From a virus: a DNA stretch of 46,481 nucleotides. The stretch is taken from positions 1-46,481 of IMG/VR virus record IMGVR_UViG_3300045454_000008. One strand, written 5' to 3'. The first letter of the stretch is position 1, and every line of letters begins with the position of its first letter. The translations under genes and the position numbers were made by a program. Below, piece by piece: positions 45,972 through 46,481 of the stretch. The notes under the pieces are model-generated. The model ran no database searches and was not told where the DNA came from. It was given only the letters and a program-made list of their open reading frames with translations.

Positions 45972-46481
45972 CGCCCCTCCCCGCCCGTCTCCACCGGCAC
46001 CCACGGCGTCACCGTGCGGCGGACGGCCATGCGAGCGGGGCCGTCCCAGGCGCGCGCCTCGTCCTCGTCGTCGCAGATGGTCACCCTCGGCTTGAGCCCC
46101 TGCTCCCAGAACCGGCGGCCGACGTGGCCCCACTCCTCCACCCCGACCGCCTGCGCCACGGGCTGCCCGGACAGGGCGGCACGGAGTTGCTTCGCCGTCC
46201 CGACGAGGGTGCCGTTCACGGCGATCTGCTCCGTGGTCCTTGCCCTACGCGACCCCAGCGACTCCCACTCGTCCGCCAGCCCCCGCACGGCCTCGACCGC
46301 GGTCCATAGCGCGTCACGCTCGGCCTTCAGGTCGTTCTCTGCGCCCAGCCCGATGAGCGCCGCCTCGTGCCAACGCTCCTTCTCGGCCTCCGCAGCCTCA
46401 GCGCGGGCAAGGGCGGCCTGGAGTTCGGCAGCGGTCTCGTCGTCGCCGTCGTCCCAGTCCTTGCGCGCCTCACGGAACGCG
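45968..46481 (-). CDS. 3' part of the 464-aa hypothetical ORF that begins at 1008 (window-split)
   Basis: The same frame as ORF 45968..46288 stays open to the window end (checked, no stop). The last 127 nt duplicate bases 1-127. Confidence 0.75.
   Translation of the reverse strand, partial: AFREARKDWDDGDDETAAELQAALARAEAAEAEKERWHEAALIGLGAENDLKAERDALWTAVEAVRGLADEWESLGSRRARTTEQIAVNGTLVGTAKQLRAALSGQPVAQAVGVEEWGHVGRRFWEQGLKPRVTICDDEDEARAWDGPARMAVRRTVTPWVPVETGGEGR
46355..46481. repeat. Terminal overlap copy B (identical to 1-127)
   Basis: Read directly. Confidence 0.95.

Noticed and set aside
46355-46481. 127-bp end repeat as a genuine direct terminal repeat of the virion DNA.
   Set aside because: It lies in the middle of an uninterrupted 464-aa ORF and has the length of a common assembler k-mer overlap. 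Only read data can settle this.

Overview
The window is a complete, circularly closed genome of a temperate, high-GC (roughly two-thirds G+C by eye) actinobacteriophage. Unique length is 46,354 bp, because bases 1-127 are identical to 46355-46481 and this overlap falls inside an uninterrupted ORF. Layout: (i) a leftward operon of about 25 small genes, from 7228 down to 1 and on through the junction to 45675, rich in Cys-pair mini-proteins. (ii) An 0.8-kb non-coding divergent control region (7229-8032). (iii) A rightward virion and lysis operon (8033-32488): HNH, large terminase with an N-terminal HTH, portal, a 1606-aa protein, lysin-bearing internal proteins, scaffold, major capsid, BNR-propeller spike, collar-domain fibre, M15 endolysin and a holin-like protein. 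No tape-measure gene is seen, so the tail module looks short-tailed. (iv) A leftward integration cassette (34524-32588): unknown protein, tyrosine integrase, Lsr2-N-terminal-like protein, membrane protein. (v) A rightward HTH gene followed by a hairpin/terminator cluster. (vi) A rightward replication and recombination operon (35617-45577): Cas4/RecB-like nuclease, RecA/DnaB-like ATPase, resolvase-like nuclease, two-ORF primase, DnaQ-like exonuclease and a sigma-70-like protein, with no DNA polymerase recognised. Six HNH/endonuclease-VII genes are interspersed. The signals not explained by genes are: (a) a 13-bp asymmetric motif (G/C)TGTTGACGT(T/A)(T/G)C present more than 14 times, always co-oriented with transcription, and written into eight unrelated proteins as in-frame V-D-V using rare GTT codons; (b) 20-bp GTGTTG-N8-CAACAC palindromes over promoters; (c) three tRNA-like acceptor/T-arm minihelices that are not tRNA genes; (d) an HNH insertion that duplicated the 3' end of the nuclease gene. 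Functional calls come from motifs read by eye and no database search was possible.
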